Notes: a model not told the origin generated them from the letters alone. Positions 25,466 to 35,705 are shown, counted from the stretch's first letter. The stretch is DNA of 47,495 bases from a virus (IMGVR_UViG_3300017705_001252:1-47495), one strand, 5' to 3'. Numbers and translations are program-made.

Positions 25466-25786
25466 ATGTCTAAAAACGAGAAAACATACAAAGTAACCTC
25501 TCCTATTAAATACAATAAGAAACGTTACGAAGTTGGCGATTCTATCCTTTTGGATGAAGAAACCGCTGAAGGCTTGCATGTAGAATTGGCAGATAACCCT
25601 TCCGGTACTGAAGCGGAGGCAAAAGCTAAAGCGGAAGCTGAGAAGAAAGTCCAGGCCGAAGCCGCTGCTAAGAAAAAAGCAGATGATGAAGCTAAGGCAA
25701 AAGCTAAGGCAGAAGCTGAGAAGAAAGATCCGGAAGAAACCGGAGCGAAAGCCAAAGGCAAGAAAACCACTTCTAACAAGAAGTAA
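25466..25786 (+). CDS. Small protein with Ala/Lys/Glu low-complexity tail
   Basis: YKV.SPIKY..KRY..GD.I N-domain plus EAKAKAEAEKK repeats. Confidence 0.8.
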   Translation: MSKNEKTYKVTSPIKYNKKRYEVGDSILLDEETAEGLHVELADNPSGTEAEAKAKAEAEKKVQAEAAAKKKADDEAKAKAKAEAEKKDPEETGAKAKGKKTTSNKK

Positions 25787-25802
25787 GAATCTCTCATCGG
25801 GA

Positions 25803-25855
25803 TCAGTTGCCTGGTAGTAGTTGAAGAAATTCAGCGATCTCTACCGGGCACCTGA
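25803..25855 (+). other. Long RNA hairpin with GAAA tetraloop
   Basis: TGCCTGGTAG/CTACCGGGCA outer stem; GTTGAA-GAAA-TTCAGC inner stem. Confidence 0.55.
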
Positions 25856-25887
25856 ACTCTATTAATCAAAACAAACCGGAGCACTTA

Positions 25888-26520
25888 ATGAAATCACTAT
25901 TTCGCCCTTTACTCTTACTGATGTTTAGCCTGTTGGCTTTTAACAGCATGGGGTTCAATGTAGTCCCTATTGCGCAAGAGCACCAATTAGAACAATCGAT
26001 CTTCCCTGTTGCAGTAGATCTCGAATTTACTGCAGTAGATGAAATTTTTATTGTTCGGAGTGAACGAGAATCAACCATACACCCGGAGCAACTTATGCCT
26101 TATTCAACCGACACTGATCTATATGATCGCATAGATCCTGCACTGGTTATCCAATTAACAGACGATGCCGGAGATGGAGTAGTCAACCAAACTAAGCTGG
26201 ATGCATTACGGGCAGATTGCCACGAACTAATAAATACCCATCTGAGAGGTAGGTACACGGTTCCACTGAATCCGGCTCCGGAGATCCTAACCATTATAGA
26301 AGCTGATCTTCTGGTCTACAAGGTGTACTCCAGGCGTGGTGATTATGAGATACCGGAATCGGTGGTCAAAGCTGATCAAAAAGCTATGGCCATGCTGAAG
26401 GATATTAATCGTGGAACGATCAAACTGGAAGATCAACCCGATGTGGGTGAAGCGTCCATTGTGACGAACAAAAAGAAATCCGATCGCATTTTTTCTGACG
26501 ACAACTTGGAGTCGTTTTAG
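25888..26520 (+). CDS. Mu gp36/DUF1320-like head-tail connector; core probably starts at ATG 26095, with an in-frame signal-peptide-like extension upstream
   Basis: MPYST..DL, LIQLTDD, IN.HL.GRY.VPL, L..I..G.I.L motifs. Confidence 0.8.
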   Translation: MKSLFRPLLLLMFSLLAFNSMGFNVVPIAQEHQLEQSIFPVAVDLEFTAVDEIFIVRSERESTIHPEQLMPYSTDTDLYDRIDPALVIQLTDDAGDGVVNQTKLDALRADCHELINTHLRGRYTVPLNPAPEILTIIEADLLVYKVYSRRGDYEIPESVVKADQKAMAMLKDINRGTIKLEDQPDVGEASIVTNKKKSDRIFSDDNLESF

Positions 26521-26555
26521 CTAAGAAAGTAGCGTTTGCATTATAGTTAGTTATT

Positions 26556-26587
26556 AAAGCGAGGGTTGATTCGCTCGCTTTTTTTTT
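26556..26587 (+). terminator. Rho-independent terminator
   Basis: AAAGCGAG...CTCGCTTT followed by a T-run. Confidence 0.75.
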
Positions 26588-26604
26588 AAAAACCAAATAC
26601 ACCG

Positions 26605-27102
26605 ATGAAATTAACGCTTGTTACATATAGCCCGGGTAAACATGATTCATTAGGAATCATGTTTATCGATGATCAAGCTCATTCATTCACATTAGAAGAT
26701 GAAGAGCGTTTGATCAAGGTTCCCGGAGAAACCAGAATTCCCCGGGATACTTATGAGATCAAACTGAGAACCTATGGAGGTTTTCATGAGCGTTATCTTG
26801 AAAGGTTTGGTCCTGAATTTCACAAAGGAATGCTCGAGCTGAAAGATGTTCCCGGATTTACAGACATCCTTATTCACATCCTTAATGATGAAAAAGAAAC
26901 CGATGGCTGTATTGGTGTTGGTGATGGCGCTTTTATAAATCGTAGAAAGAAAGGATCACTAAGAGATTCAACCTCTGCCTACAAAGACCTATACCAACAA
27001 GTTGCAAATGAGTTGCTTGATGGAAATCGAGTTTTTATCGAACTAACAGACAATCTCACAAATTTAATCAAGGAGCGGAGATGGGAAAACCAAGGCCTTT
27101 AA
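26605..27102 (+). CDS. DUF5675-like putative endolysin
   Basis: FTLED, GETRIP..TY, L.DVPGF..ILIH..N...T.GCI.VG. Confidence 0.8.
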   Translation: MKLTLVTYSPGKHDSLGIMFIDDQAHSFTLEDEERLIKVPGETRIPRDTYEIKLRTYGGFHERYLERFGPEFHKGMLELKDVPGFTDILIHILNDEKETDGCIGVGDGAFINRRKKGSLRDSTSAYKDLYQQVANELLDGNRVFIELTDNLTNLIKERRWENQGL

Positions 27103-27578
27103 GATTTTTAAAACGAGTATTTATCGATTCCTGGTCAAAGCCTGTGGGTGATACCTTACGTGGTGATAATGAACTTGGCCAGGAATTGAATAAGTACCTT
27201 CCTGCAAAGGAACTTCGAGAAATTGGCGGTTCTGTACTGTTTGGAATCAGAGATGTTATTACAGCTCCTCAAATCAAAGATGCGAAGCAACAAGCGAAGA
27301 TCGATGCGGTTCGTAATGCGATCAAAGAAAAGAAGATCACTAAGGAAGTGATTGAAGAAATGGATGCTAAAAGCCTGCAGGAACTTGGATATCAACTGTT
27401 CGACTTAGTGGATGACGGAAAATTGAATCAATCAGCTGATGCGCTTTCTCCGGAAACGAAATTAAAGATCCGAATAGGATCAGCAGCGCTTTTTGCTGTG
27501 TACACAATTTACGCTTTGATCACCGGTGATTTTACACTGATTGAAGCGGGCAAATTCTTTATGGGGTTTAACAGCTGA
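27081..27578 (+). CDS. Membrane protein (possible holin)
   Basis: C-terminal TM; follows the lysin candidate. Confidence 0.6.
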   Translation: MGKPRPLRFLKRVFIDSWSKPVGDTLRGDNELGQELNKYLPAKELREIGGSVLFGIRDVITAPQIKDAKQQAKIDAVRNAIKEKKITKEVIEEMDAKSLQELGYQLFDLVDDGKLNQSADALSPETKLKIRIGSAALFAVYTIYALITGDFTLIEAGKFFMGFNS

Positions 27579-27997
27579 TGGCTAACCAGAGTTTAGATAG
27601 CATTTCTAACGCATACATAGCAGCATTAAAAACTGCTTTTCCAGATCTGCAGGTTGAGCCTTATCCAGATGACTTGAAGTCTTATAACCTAGGCCATCAT
27701 AAAGGAGCTGTTCTTGTGGTGTATCAAGATAGAAAGTTTAAGGAAGGTCAAAACTCAGATGGATCTGGCCAGATAAACTATCCTGTCTTCCTGATCACTT
27801 ACGTTAGTCGATCATTGCTTGCTAAAAATAAAGCTCCTGGCGTGTATGGTTTACTCGATGCCGGTAGAGAAGTTTTGAAAGAATTGGATTTTGAAAGAAG
27901 TAAAGCCTCGATAGTTAGTGAGGGTTTTCTGGACATAAAGCAAGGCGGTGTATGGATGTACGGCCAATATTGGAAACACACAGATTATTTTGAATGA
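27578..27997 (+). CDS. Mu gp37-like tail terminator
   Basis: L..AFPDL.VEPYPD, H.KGAVLV.Y, GVW.Y motifs. Confidence 0.75.
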   Translation: MANQSLDSISNAYIAALKTAFPDLQVEPYPDDLKSYNLGHHKGAVLVVYQDRKFKEGQNSDGSGQINYPVFLITYVSRSLLAKNKAPGVYGLLDAGREVLKELDFERSKASIVSEGFLDIKQGGVWMYGQYWKHTDYFE

Positions 27998-27998
27998 T

Positions 27999-28313
27999 AT
28001 GGCAAAGAAAAAGAAACAAACTGAATTTTTAGCAGGCGACAAAGTAAAGCTGGAGCGCAAATCTTCTAAGAAAGAAGAGCCGCTTCGTATTGGATCTCCG
28101 GAAAAACCGGCAACCTTTCCGGTAGCTTTTGAAGGAGCTTCAGCACAGATCGTATTCAATAAGGTGTATGAGGTTTCCGGTAAAACAGATTTGCCCGTGG
28201 CAGATAACCAGGCAAAGCCTCTGCCATTAATTGCCAAAGTTTTTATTAACAATCCTGTCTATCACTCTTTATTCACAAAAGTGAAAAGCAGCACAAACGA
28301 CAATGAGGAATAA
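27999..28313 (+). CDS. Hypothetical protein
   Basis: ATG 27999, just after the previous stop. Confidence 0.65.
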   Translation: MAKKKKQTEFLAGDKVKLERKSSKKEEPLRIGSPEKPATFPVAFEGASAQIVFNKVYEVSGKTDLPVADNQAKPLPLIAKVFINNPVYHSLFTKVKSSTNDNEE

Positions 28314-28318
28314 CAGAT

Positions 28319-28726
28319 ATGTCAACAAGAAATCAACGAATTAAAAGATGCGGTTACGATGATGATGGAGCCGGGTTAAACAAGACATGGATCGCAGGAA
28401 AAGTCCATACCAATGGCTCAACCATTACTGTAGATAATATCAAGAATCAAACCCCGGGTGGTAATTCTTATGGCGGTTCCATGGTTGGCTGCGATCTTGC
28501 ATTTGAAGACCACGCATCCTATCAAGCTATTGAGGATTTCATGACTTCGAATACAGAAAAATATTTCTATTTCGAATACAACGATGGACGTGAGTATAAA
28601 ACTCAGGAACCTGTTCAACCATTTGCAAAACTAAAGCCCGGTATCGATGCCAGAGAAGGTAACGAGCCATGGGGATTAGATTTTGAAGCCCATAGCGGAA
28701 TTCCATTATTAGCGGTAGAACCATAG
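28319..28726 (+). CDS. Putative tail tube-like protein 1
   Basis: Position; shares GIDAREGN with the next gene. Confidence 0.55.
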   Translation: MSTRNQRIKRCGYDDDGAGLNKTWIAGKVHTNGSTITVDNIKNQTPGGNSYGGSMVGCDLAFEDHASYQAIEDFMTSNTEKYFYFEYNDGREYKTQEPVQPFAKLKPGIDAREGNEPWGLDFEAHSGIPLLAVEP

Positions 28727-28733
28727 GAGAATT

Positions 28734-29444
28734 ATGAGTAGAGTAGCATCCGGCTGGAAAAAAAGCGCAGCATTTAGAAGAAGTACCGGGGATAAAGTTC
28801 AAATGAACATTTTATCTACGGAATATTCTGATCTGGCTTACGACAATATTAAAAAGCCAACCCCTACAGGGAATGCCTTTGGTGGAAAAATATATCCACT
28901 GGTTGTTGGCTTCCAGGAATCAGCCGGGTTAGCTACTCTCGAGGATTGGATGGATAATAACTATCCGGTTGGTTTGGCTATTTATGCCAAGCATGGCCGA
29001 CACTTTATCTCTTTAGAAGATGAAGAGATGCAAGTTGTTCCCGGTTATGGAATTGATGCCCGGGAAGGAAACGACATCCATCGAATAGAAACTGAAATAG
29101 CCGGCGGTAACCCTAATGTAATCTGGAAGCAAAATATTGCTGAAGGAATTACTTTCGCTGCTAAAGAAGGATCTATCATTCTTCCTATTTCCGGAGTTAA
29201 GTGGAAAGTGGCTGCTGATTATTCCGCTTCCGGAGGAACCTTAATAGTTCGCTGCAAAAACTTTGCAGGAACTACGGTGGCAACCGCAAGCACTACCATC
29301 AATGCAATCGATCGTTTCTCCGCTGAAGTAGAAACAACTGCAGATACCTGGACAATTGAAATTGAACTGGATAACGGTGGAGCTGCTGCAGTTACGAATA
29401 TATCGATGCGAAGTGATGGCAACGATGAATACATAGATTACTAA
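28734..29444 (+). CDS. Putative tail tube-like protein 2 with C-terminal beta domain
   Basis: Paralogue of the previous ORF. Confidence 0.55.
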   Translation: MSRVASGWKKSAAFRRSTGDKVQMNILSTEYSDLAYDNIKKPTPTGNAFGGKIYPLVVGFQESAGLATLEDWMDNNYPVGLAIYAKHGRHFISLEDEEMQVVPGYGIDAREGNDIHRIETEIAGGNPNVIWKQNIAEGITFAAKEGSIILPISGVKWKVAADYSASGGTLIVRCKNFAGTTVATASTTINAIDRFSAEVETTADTWTIEIELDNGGAAAVTNISMRSDGNDEYIDY

Positions 29445-29449
29445 CTGAT

Positions 29450-29914
29450 GTGGCTACACTACTTGAAACTTTTGACGTTAAAGAAATTGCCTTTGAATGG
29501 GATGCTGTAAAGCGTGTATTCCGGAATAATGAATTAATTATTTTAGGTGACGAGGATACCCAAATATGGATGTCAGCTTCCAGAAAACGAAAGCATGAGT
29601 TTTTAGGAGTTTGGTTAATTTTTCAAATAGCCTCTCCTTTTCTACAAAGAGTTTCTCCGGAAGCAGCGCCCGGTAACGATTGGATCGACGTAAAAAATGC
29701 AGTGCTAGATAGCTCTAAAGAAGTAAAGTTCTTTCCTATTTACAGTTTAGATCCAGCGTTGAGTTATACCGTTGTTCCTGAGAAAAAAGAAAAACCGGAA
29801 GTGTTTAGAGTAAACCGGGCACTTACGTATCCGGAAGCGCAATTAACCATTGTAACTGAAGATCAACTGGATGAATATCCATCCTGGTTGAGACAAACCC
29901 GAACCCGAGGATAA
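29450..29914 (+). CDS. Hypothetical tail protein
   Basis: GTG start; tail module position. Confidence 0.6.
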   Translation: MATLLETFDVKEIAFEWDAVKRVFRNNELIILGDEDTQIWMSASRKRKHEFLGVWLIFQIASPFLQRVSPEAAPGNDWIDVKNAVLDSSKEVKFFPIYSLDPALSYTVVPEKKEKPEVFRVNRALTYPEAQLTIVTEDQLDEYPSWLRQTRTRG

Positions 29915-29915
29915 C

Positions 29916-30482
29916 ATGGATTTTGATACCTACAATATTATAAGTGGACATGACAAGGAATTTGAATTAATCACTACCACTAATCAGAATATTCAAACAG
30001 TTTGTCAGGTACCTGCAAATACTAAATTCAAGCATCAAAAAGAGCGTATTTATTACGCTGATATTGGTGAGATAGAGCCTACAGAGATTGATGAAGCCGG
30101 TAATAAAGTATTCGAATTTGAAAATCTGTATAACTCTAAATCGGTGTACTATGCCGGTTTAGCTGAAGTTCTCTTTTATGATTTTCCGAAGATTCTAAAA
30201 AGGACCAAAAACGGTTTCGAAATTGAGAATAAAAAACTGAATGATAAGATCGACCGTGGCCAAGTAATGAAAGCCTTTGAGGATTGGCTGGGAAAGTTCG
30301 GCGAGAATCCTTACGAGGTCAAAGGATTCTTGAGCTTGCTGGCAGGAAGCCCACAATTAGCGACTATGTTGATGAGTCAGGTAACCGATCAACATCTGGC
30401 TTCGACTCTGCCCGGTATGAACGAGACCTCAAAAAATGGCGAAGAGATCTCTTTAGAACAAACGGATACTGGAGGCAATTAA
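29916..30482 (+). CDS. Tail assembly chaperone (gpG-like)
   Basis: Directly upstream of the tape measure gene; contains a slippery site. Confidence 0.7.
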   Translation: MDFDTYNIISGHDKEFELITTTNQNIQTVCQVPANTKFKHQKERIYYADIGEIEPTEIDEAGNKVFEFENLYNSKSVYYAGLAEVLFYDFPKILKRTKNGFEIENKKLNDKIDRGQVMKAFEDWLGKFGENPYEVKGFLSLLAGSPQLATMLMSQVTDQHLASTLPGMNETSKNGEEISLEQTDTGGN

Positions 30483-30589
30483 TACTAGTAACCAGTGAAG
30501 GCAATCCGCAAACATATCACTATCTCCAACAGCAATGCAATCGTGTTGAAGTGGCCGAACTATATAAGGTTAAAGTAAACGATGGCTGA
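30290..30589 (+). other. -1 programmed frameshift site G GGA AAG and gpGT-like extension
   Basis: In-frame G-GGA-AAG at 30290-30296, same heptamer as lambda G-T; -1 frame open to 30589. Confidence 0.8.
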
Positions 30590-33377
30590 AAAGGTAAAAA
30601 TAGCGGTTTATCTAGATCCTTCTGATGCAAAGAAAGGTGGAAAGGAAGTTATTCAGGTTCTAAATGAAACTGAGGAATCAGCAGCCTCTGCCGGTCGTAT
30701 TCTAAAGGGAGCATATCAGGTTGGTAACACCGGTACAAAAGATCTGATAAAGCAAAAGAATTCGGTTGAAGATCTCAACGATCGTATTAAAGATTTAACC
30801 AAAGCCCGGGATAAATGGGCAGATCCTTCAGTAGTAACTCGTTATAATCGTAAGATCGATGAATTAAATCGTCATAAAAGTGAATTAACGGGAACTACAA
30901 AAAAACTTACTCAAGCAACAAATGATGGTAATAGTTCATGGAGAATTGGAACCATTGCAGCAGGTAATTTAATAGCAAAATTATATCAGGAAATAGCTTC
31001 CAGAGCTTTGGATGTAATTAAAGCCAGCAGACAGATGGCTTTTGAGGTAGAAGAGACAAATAGTAAATATGAAACGGTTGTTGGATCCTCTATAAAAAAG
31101 ACTAATAAGTTCATTAATGAATATAGATCCTTACTCGCCTTAACTAAGAGAGAATCGAAAGAATATGTATCTCAGGCTGTTCAGGTTGGAAAGTCGTTGG
31201 ATATGCAAGGTGAAAAAGCAGCTGAATTCGGTATTAATTGGGTGAAATTAGCTGGAGAATATCAATCATTTTTTGACATCCCGTTTGAACAAGCTTTTAC
31301 TAAAATAAGATCAGGAATTACTGGTCAATTCACCCCTCTCAAACAGTTGGGAATAGCTATTACTGAGAATGAAGTAAAAGAGAGGGCTTTACTTCAGACC
31401 GGAAAAAATAGAATTGATGTTTTAAGTGAAGCTGAAAAAGCCCAAGCAAGATATTCCTTAATTCTTGAGAAGTCTCAGGACGTTCTCGGAAACATGGAAC
31501 GAAGCCAAGAACATGCTGCAAGCAAAACCCGGGAAATGGAAGCTGCTTTCCGTGATATAGCAGAGGAAATGTCAACAAAAAGCATTCCTCTTTGGAAAGA
31601 AATCGCTATGGCTGGGTTGGAATTTTCCAAAGTGCTTAAAGACATTTTAGGAATTAGTATTGTTGATAAGATTCAAGATGAGCGTTTAGAGTTAAATCAA
31701 TTAGCAAATCAATTGATTGATGCGGTAAACAATGGAAAAGATCGATTAAGCTTAATCTCTGAATTGAATGAAAAATACCCTGACTATCTTAAATTTTTAG
31801 ATGAAGAATCGTTAGTTGCTAACGATCTGGCCGATAGACTAAGGGAACTTAACAATGCTTATCAAGAAAAGAGTGTACTTCAACTAAAACAAGAGGAGCT
31901 TGCTAAATTAACAGCCACCAGATCAAAAATTGAGAAAGCTCAGGCAGAAGTACAAGTTGAAGCTGTGCGCGAGTTAATAGAGGCAGAAAGAAAACTGGGT
32001 GTTGAAGTTGATTATTCCAGCTCATTTTGGGAGCGAAGAAACAAAATGATGGAGGAGGCTAACAAACAGGGCGCCGTAATGACTAAGCATAAATTTAGTC
32101 AGTTTAGCCAGGAAATGTTTGAAGGAACAGGTTTAAATGAAGAGCTTCAAGATTTAAATTCACAGATACAGGAAACTCAAGAACTATACAGTCAGTTAGA
32201 AAATCAATTCAAGGAAACTAAAGTAGAAGTTGGATTTGAATTAGATGTTTCTGAAGAGAAAGCTCCTGAAATCCCGGTAAAGCCTGTTATTTCTACAGAG
32301 AAACCTATTGATCAATTACTAGAAGAATCCCTTCCGGGAGAAGTTCCGGAATTCAAAGTGGCTCCAAAAATAGAGCTTGGTAGCCTTTCCTTTATGAGAG
32401 ACCAGCTAGCAAATGAGGAGGCTTTATATACTGCAGCTGCAACAGATGAGGAAAGAAAGCGGCATCAGGTTAGAATTGAGTTTTTAGAAAAAAGAATACA
32501 GGCTACAGAAGAAGGAATTACCTATGAGCAACTGAAGGACAGAGAAGCTCATCAGGAAAAAATGCAACAAGCGGCTGAATACTTTGAAATGCTGAATCAA
32601 GGTTACCAGCTGGTTGCTGAATTTATGGGTGCCCAGACTGAGCGTAGAATTCATAACATAGAACGGGAGCAAGACAAAGCGTTATCCTCAATTGATGCTC
32701 AACTTAATAATGACAAGTTAACTGAGCGCCAAAGAGAAAAGCTGTTAAAAAAGAGAGAAAAAACAGAGGCTGAATATCAAAAGAAAATTGACAAACTGCA
32801 GCATGAACAATTTGAGCGTGAACGTATAGCAAAATTAGCTGAAGTAGCAGCTAATACAGCTGTGGCGGTTTCAAAAGTTTGGGGACAGACTGGGATTTTT
32901 GGTTTAGCAGCTCAGACAGCCCCTCTTATAATGGGTGGCATCCAAGCAGCCACTATCTTAGCACAACCTAATCCCTATATAGAGGGCGGAATGATTGAGG
33001 AAAGGTTGAGATCCGGAATGAGCTCTCCGGGAAAGAAACTGATTTCTATTAATGAGAATGATCAGCCTGAATTCATCTTGAACGCAGTAAGTACAGCAAG
33101 GTCTTTACCACTTATGAATAGAATGAATAAAGATCCTGAATTCGCTGACCGGATTAATAAGGCTTATTTATCTCAAAAACCACCAAGCTTTTCAAAGCCG
33201 GATGTCACAAATTTAAAAGCCGGCATCGATAGCAACGCAATCAGTGCTGCAGTTGGATCAGCTATTAGTGAAGCGATGAAAGATGTGAAGCTATATCCAA
33301 AAATCACATATAGCGAGATTTTGGAAGCGCAGCGACAGTATGAACAAAATAGAGAAGCTGTGGGGAATCAGTCATGA
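30582..33377 (+). CDS. Tail tape measure protein
   Basis: 931 aa helical; I.SG.TGQ..PLKQLGI motif and C-terminal A.I.AQP...GG. Confidence 0.9.
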   Translation: MAEKVKIAVYLDPSDAKKGGKEVIQVLNETEESAASAGRILKGAYQVGNTGTKDLIKQKNSVEDLNDRIKDLTKARDKWADPSVVTRYNRKIDELNRHKSELTGTTKKLTQATNDGNSSWRIGTIAAGNLIAKLYQEIASRALDVIKASRQMAFEVEETNSKYETVVGSSIKKTNKFINEYRSLLALTKRESKEYVSQAVQVGKSLDMQGEKAAEFGINWVKLAGEYQSFFDIPFEQAFTKIRSGITGQFTPLKQLGIAITENEVKERALLQTGKNRIDVLSEAEKAQARYSLILEKSQDVLGNMERSQEHAASKTREMEAAFRDIAEEMSTKSIPLWKEIAMAGLEFSKVLKDILGISIVDKIQDERLELNQLANQLIDAVNNGKDRLSLISELNEKYPDYLKFLDEESLVANDLADRLRELNNAYQEKSVLQLKQEELAKLTATRSKIEKAQAEVQVEAVRELIEAERKLGVEVDYSSSFWERRNKMMEEANKQGAVMTKHKFSQFSQEMFEGTGLNEELQDLNSQIQETQELYSQLENQFKETKVEVGFELDVSEEKAPEIPVKPVISTEKPIDQLLEESLPGEVPEFKVAPKIELGSLSFMRDQLANEEALYTAAATDEERKRHQVRIEFLEKRIQATEEGITYEQLKDREAHQEKMQQAAEYFEMLNQGYQLVAEFMGAQTERRIHNIEREQDKALSSIDAQLNNDKLTERQREKLLKKREKTEAEYQKKIDKLQHEQFERERIAKLAEVAANTAVAVSKVWGQTGIFGLAAQTAPLIMGGIQAATILAQPNPYIEGGMIEERLRSGMSSPGKKLISINENDQPEFILNAVSTARSLPLMNRMNKDPEFADRINKAYLSQKPPSFSKPDVTNLKAGIDSNAISAAVGSAISEAMKDVKLYPKITYSEILEAQRQYEQNREAVGNQS

Positions 33378-35449
33378 GTTATACTGTAATAGCCCAAGAA
33401 AATATTCGCGTGGCCAACGCTACTTCTTCCGGAAGTAAAGAGGAACGAACCTTTGTTATCCTGGAGCGATTTTCTGAAGAAGAAACCGTTACTGAAATCG
33501 GAATCTCCGGAGAGCCTCTGTTTGTTATGGGCTCTCGTGGGAATGATATGTTTTATTCATTCTCACCAATTCAGATCCAGTTCTCGATTGTAGATCAATT
33601 TGGGTTGCTGAAAAAATTCTCAAATCGTAATAAGAAAGATTTTAAGCTACAGGTGAAAAATGGAGCGACAGTTGAGTATGAATTCTACCTCTATTTGCCA
33701 TCTAATAATTCCGAATATTACGAGACGAATCCTGAGATCGATCTTGTGGCCACGAATGCGATCGGGCTCCTGAAGGAAGAATATTTTAAACCGTCCGATA
33801 CTCTGATTGAAATCAAAGATTTTCTCTTTGAATGCCTGAACCGGTTAGGTTTTGATTATGATATCGAGGTTTATTCGTTATGGTCATCAGCTGATAACGC
33901 CAAAACTTTTCCACTCGGGTACCGGGTTAATCGCTCCCATCAAGTGCGTTTTAAGGATTCCGATCGAGTGTCTTTTTATGAGGTTCTTGAGAATTTTTGC
34001 CAACAATTTAATCTACAGTTAAAACAGATTGATAATACTTGGGTTTTTCTCGAGCGAAAGCGTGTACTTAATGCCCCTGTTACATTGAATGGTATTGATC
34101 TTGAAACAGAGCTGCCGGTGTCAAGATCATTTGCAGCGGTACTTAATGCCGATACTGTTTTACGTAAGCCAAAAAGCCAATTTAAACCGGGTTTAAAGGA
34201 GATAAAAACAGAGTTTAAATTATTCGATGAATTTTTAGTTAATGCTGATTTTTCGGACAGCAATTTTAAGAATCAAATTGCTGTCGGTTGGGAACAGCCT
34301 GCCATTAACGACTATTTAATTGCTTCAACAAGCACTCCTGAAAAGTTAGTAATTCCTAACCTAAATGCTTCCAATAACATTTCAATTATTGTTCTTCAGT
34401 CTAATGATTATGACGACTTAGATGGAAATCCAGTAGGTTATTTGAATGGATATGTAAGACAAGAAGCAAAAAAGAGTGTAACAGATGAAGATATCTTATC
34501 TATTTATTGGTCGGCATTTACGAATAGCGGTGGAACTGGAAATACAAAATATGCGCAAATAAAGTTCAGGTCTCTGGATGGTTTGATATACACTTTGGAT
34601 AACAATCTGGCTGATTGGAATCAAAATGATACTTCATTTATTCTTGATACTGGTTTTGTGAACAATGAAGGATCTGTAGATATTTATTTATCCGCACCAA
34701 CAGGGAAAATTGGATTCATCACCGTTGAGTTTACATGCCTTCCTGTAGAACCCGGAGTAAATGGATATGTATCTGTTTATGATATAAATATTGATTTTAA
34801 GTCAACTATTGAGAGGGATTCAAAGTACTATATTAATTCCCGGGGATTAAAAAATACACAGGTTGATAACAGAATATTTGGAGTTGGTGATTTAGATGAT
34901 GATTCCGATCTATTTGTAATCGAATATTTCGACACTAATAATGAGTGGATTCCGGCTGAATACATTTCAAACGATGGCTCTGTAAGAAGCATCTTTCAGG
35001 TAGCTCCGTACCAACGAATGTGTCAGGCCAATAAAGACCAGATCGAATATTCAACCATCCGCTCCTGGAAATATCTGTATCAAGACTTTCTAAAAACCAT
35101 CAAGTTAGAAAGAGATTCAGAACCTGATTTATATACCATTCATATCGAGATAAAATGGAACATGGTTACCGGCGAAATTGAAATATTTTCTGCTGAAGCA
35201 TTTGAGGATACTACAGGAGTAACTCAACTCCAGTTCTATTCTGAAGAAGAATACGATGCAATAGACTCAGAAACGGTGATCACTGATGAAGGAGAGGTAG
35301 TTACCGGTTTTACACGTAGAACAGATAGTGTTGATGGTAGAGGATTTGAAGTAGAATTTGAAGCTCCTGAAGCTGTAACTGCAAGTTCAGCGGTTGTTGA
35401 AGTTGGTGGAGTAAATTATGAACTAGATACATTGATTCTGGAGAATTGA
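33374..35449 (+). CDS. Tail tip/hub protein
   Basis: Follows tape measure; beta-rich, 691 aa. Confidence 0.7.
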   Translation: MSYTVIAQENIRVANATSSGSKEERTFVILERFSEEETVTEIGISGEPLFVMGSRGNDMFYSFSPIQIQFSIVDQFGLLKKFSNRNKKDFKLQVKNGATVEYEFYLYLPSNNSEYYETNPEIDLVATNAIGLLKEEYFKPSDTLIEIKDFLFECLNRLGFDYDIEVYSLWSSADNAKTFPLGYRVNRSHQVRFKDSDRVSFYEVLENFCQQFNLQLKQIDNTWVFLERKRVLNAPVTLNGIDLETELPVSRSFAAVLNADTVLRKPKSQFKPGLKEIKTEFKLFDEFLVNADFSDSNFKNQIAVGWEQPAINDYLIASTSTPEKLVIPNLNASNNISIIVLQSNDYDDLDGNPVGYLNGYVRQEAKKSVTDEDILSIYWSAFTNSGGTGNTKYAQIKFRSLDGLIYTLDNNLADWNQNDTSFILDTGFVNNEGSVDIYLSAPTGKIGFITVEFTCLPVEPGVNGYVSVYDINIDFKSTIERDSKYYINSRGLKNTQVDNRIFGVGDLDDDSDLFVIEYFDTNNEWIPAEYISNDGSVRSIFQVAPYQRMCQANKDQIEYSTIRSWKYLYQDFLKTIKLERDSEPDLYTIHIEIKWNMVTGEIEIFSAEAFEDTTGVTQLQFYSEEEYDAIDSETVITDEGEVVTGFTRRTDSVDGRGFEVEFEAPEAVTASSAVVEVGGVNYELDTLILEN

Positions 35450-35450
35450 G

Positions 35451-35705
35451 ATGCCTGAAAATGAAGTCCTGAAATTATCGAGCGTGCAAAATTTAATTAC
35501 AGCTCAAAAAGCTCAGATAGCATTAACTAAGGAAGCTGAAGAAGATGCTAAGGCTGCAGCAATAGCACTTGGTGGTAATATATTTGTGGTTTCTGAAGAT
35601 GAAACCTCTGTTAAAATAAGCTCAGTCGAACCAGCCACTCAATTTAAAGAAAAAACAGTTCATTCAGGTGGTATAAATTTAGAAATCATAACAATTACAG
35701 TTTAA
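35451..35705 (+). CDS. Small tail-associated protein
   Basis: 84-aa ORF between tail genes. Confidence 0.6.
   Translation: MPENEVLKLSSVQNLITAQKAQIALTKEAEEDAKAAAIALGGNIFVVSEDETSVKISSVEPATQFKEKTVHSGGINLEIITITV

Noticed and set aside
25608-25730. DNA repeat element
   Set aside because: The repeats reflect the EAKAKAEAEKK low-complexity protein sequence, with synonymous variation.
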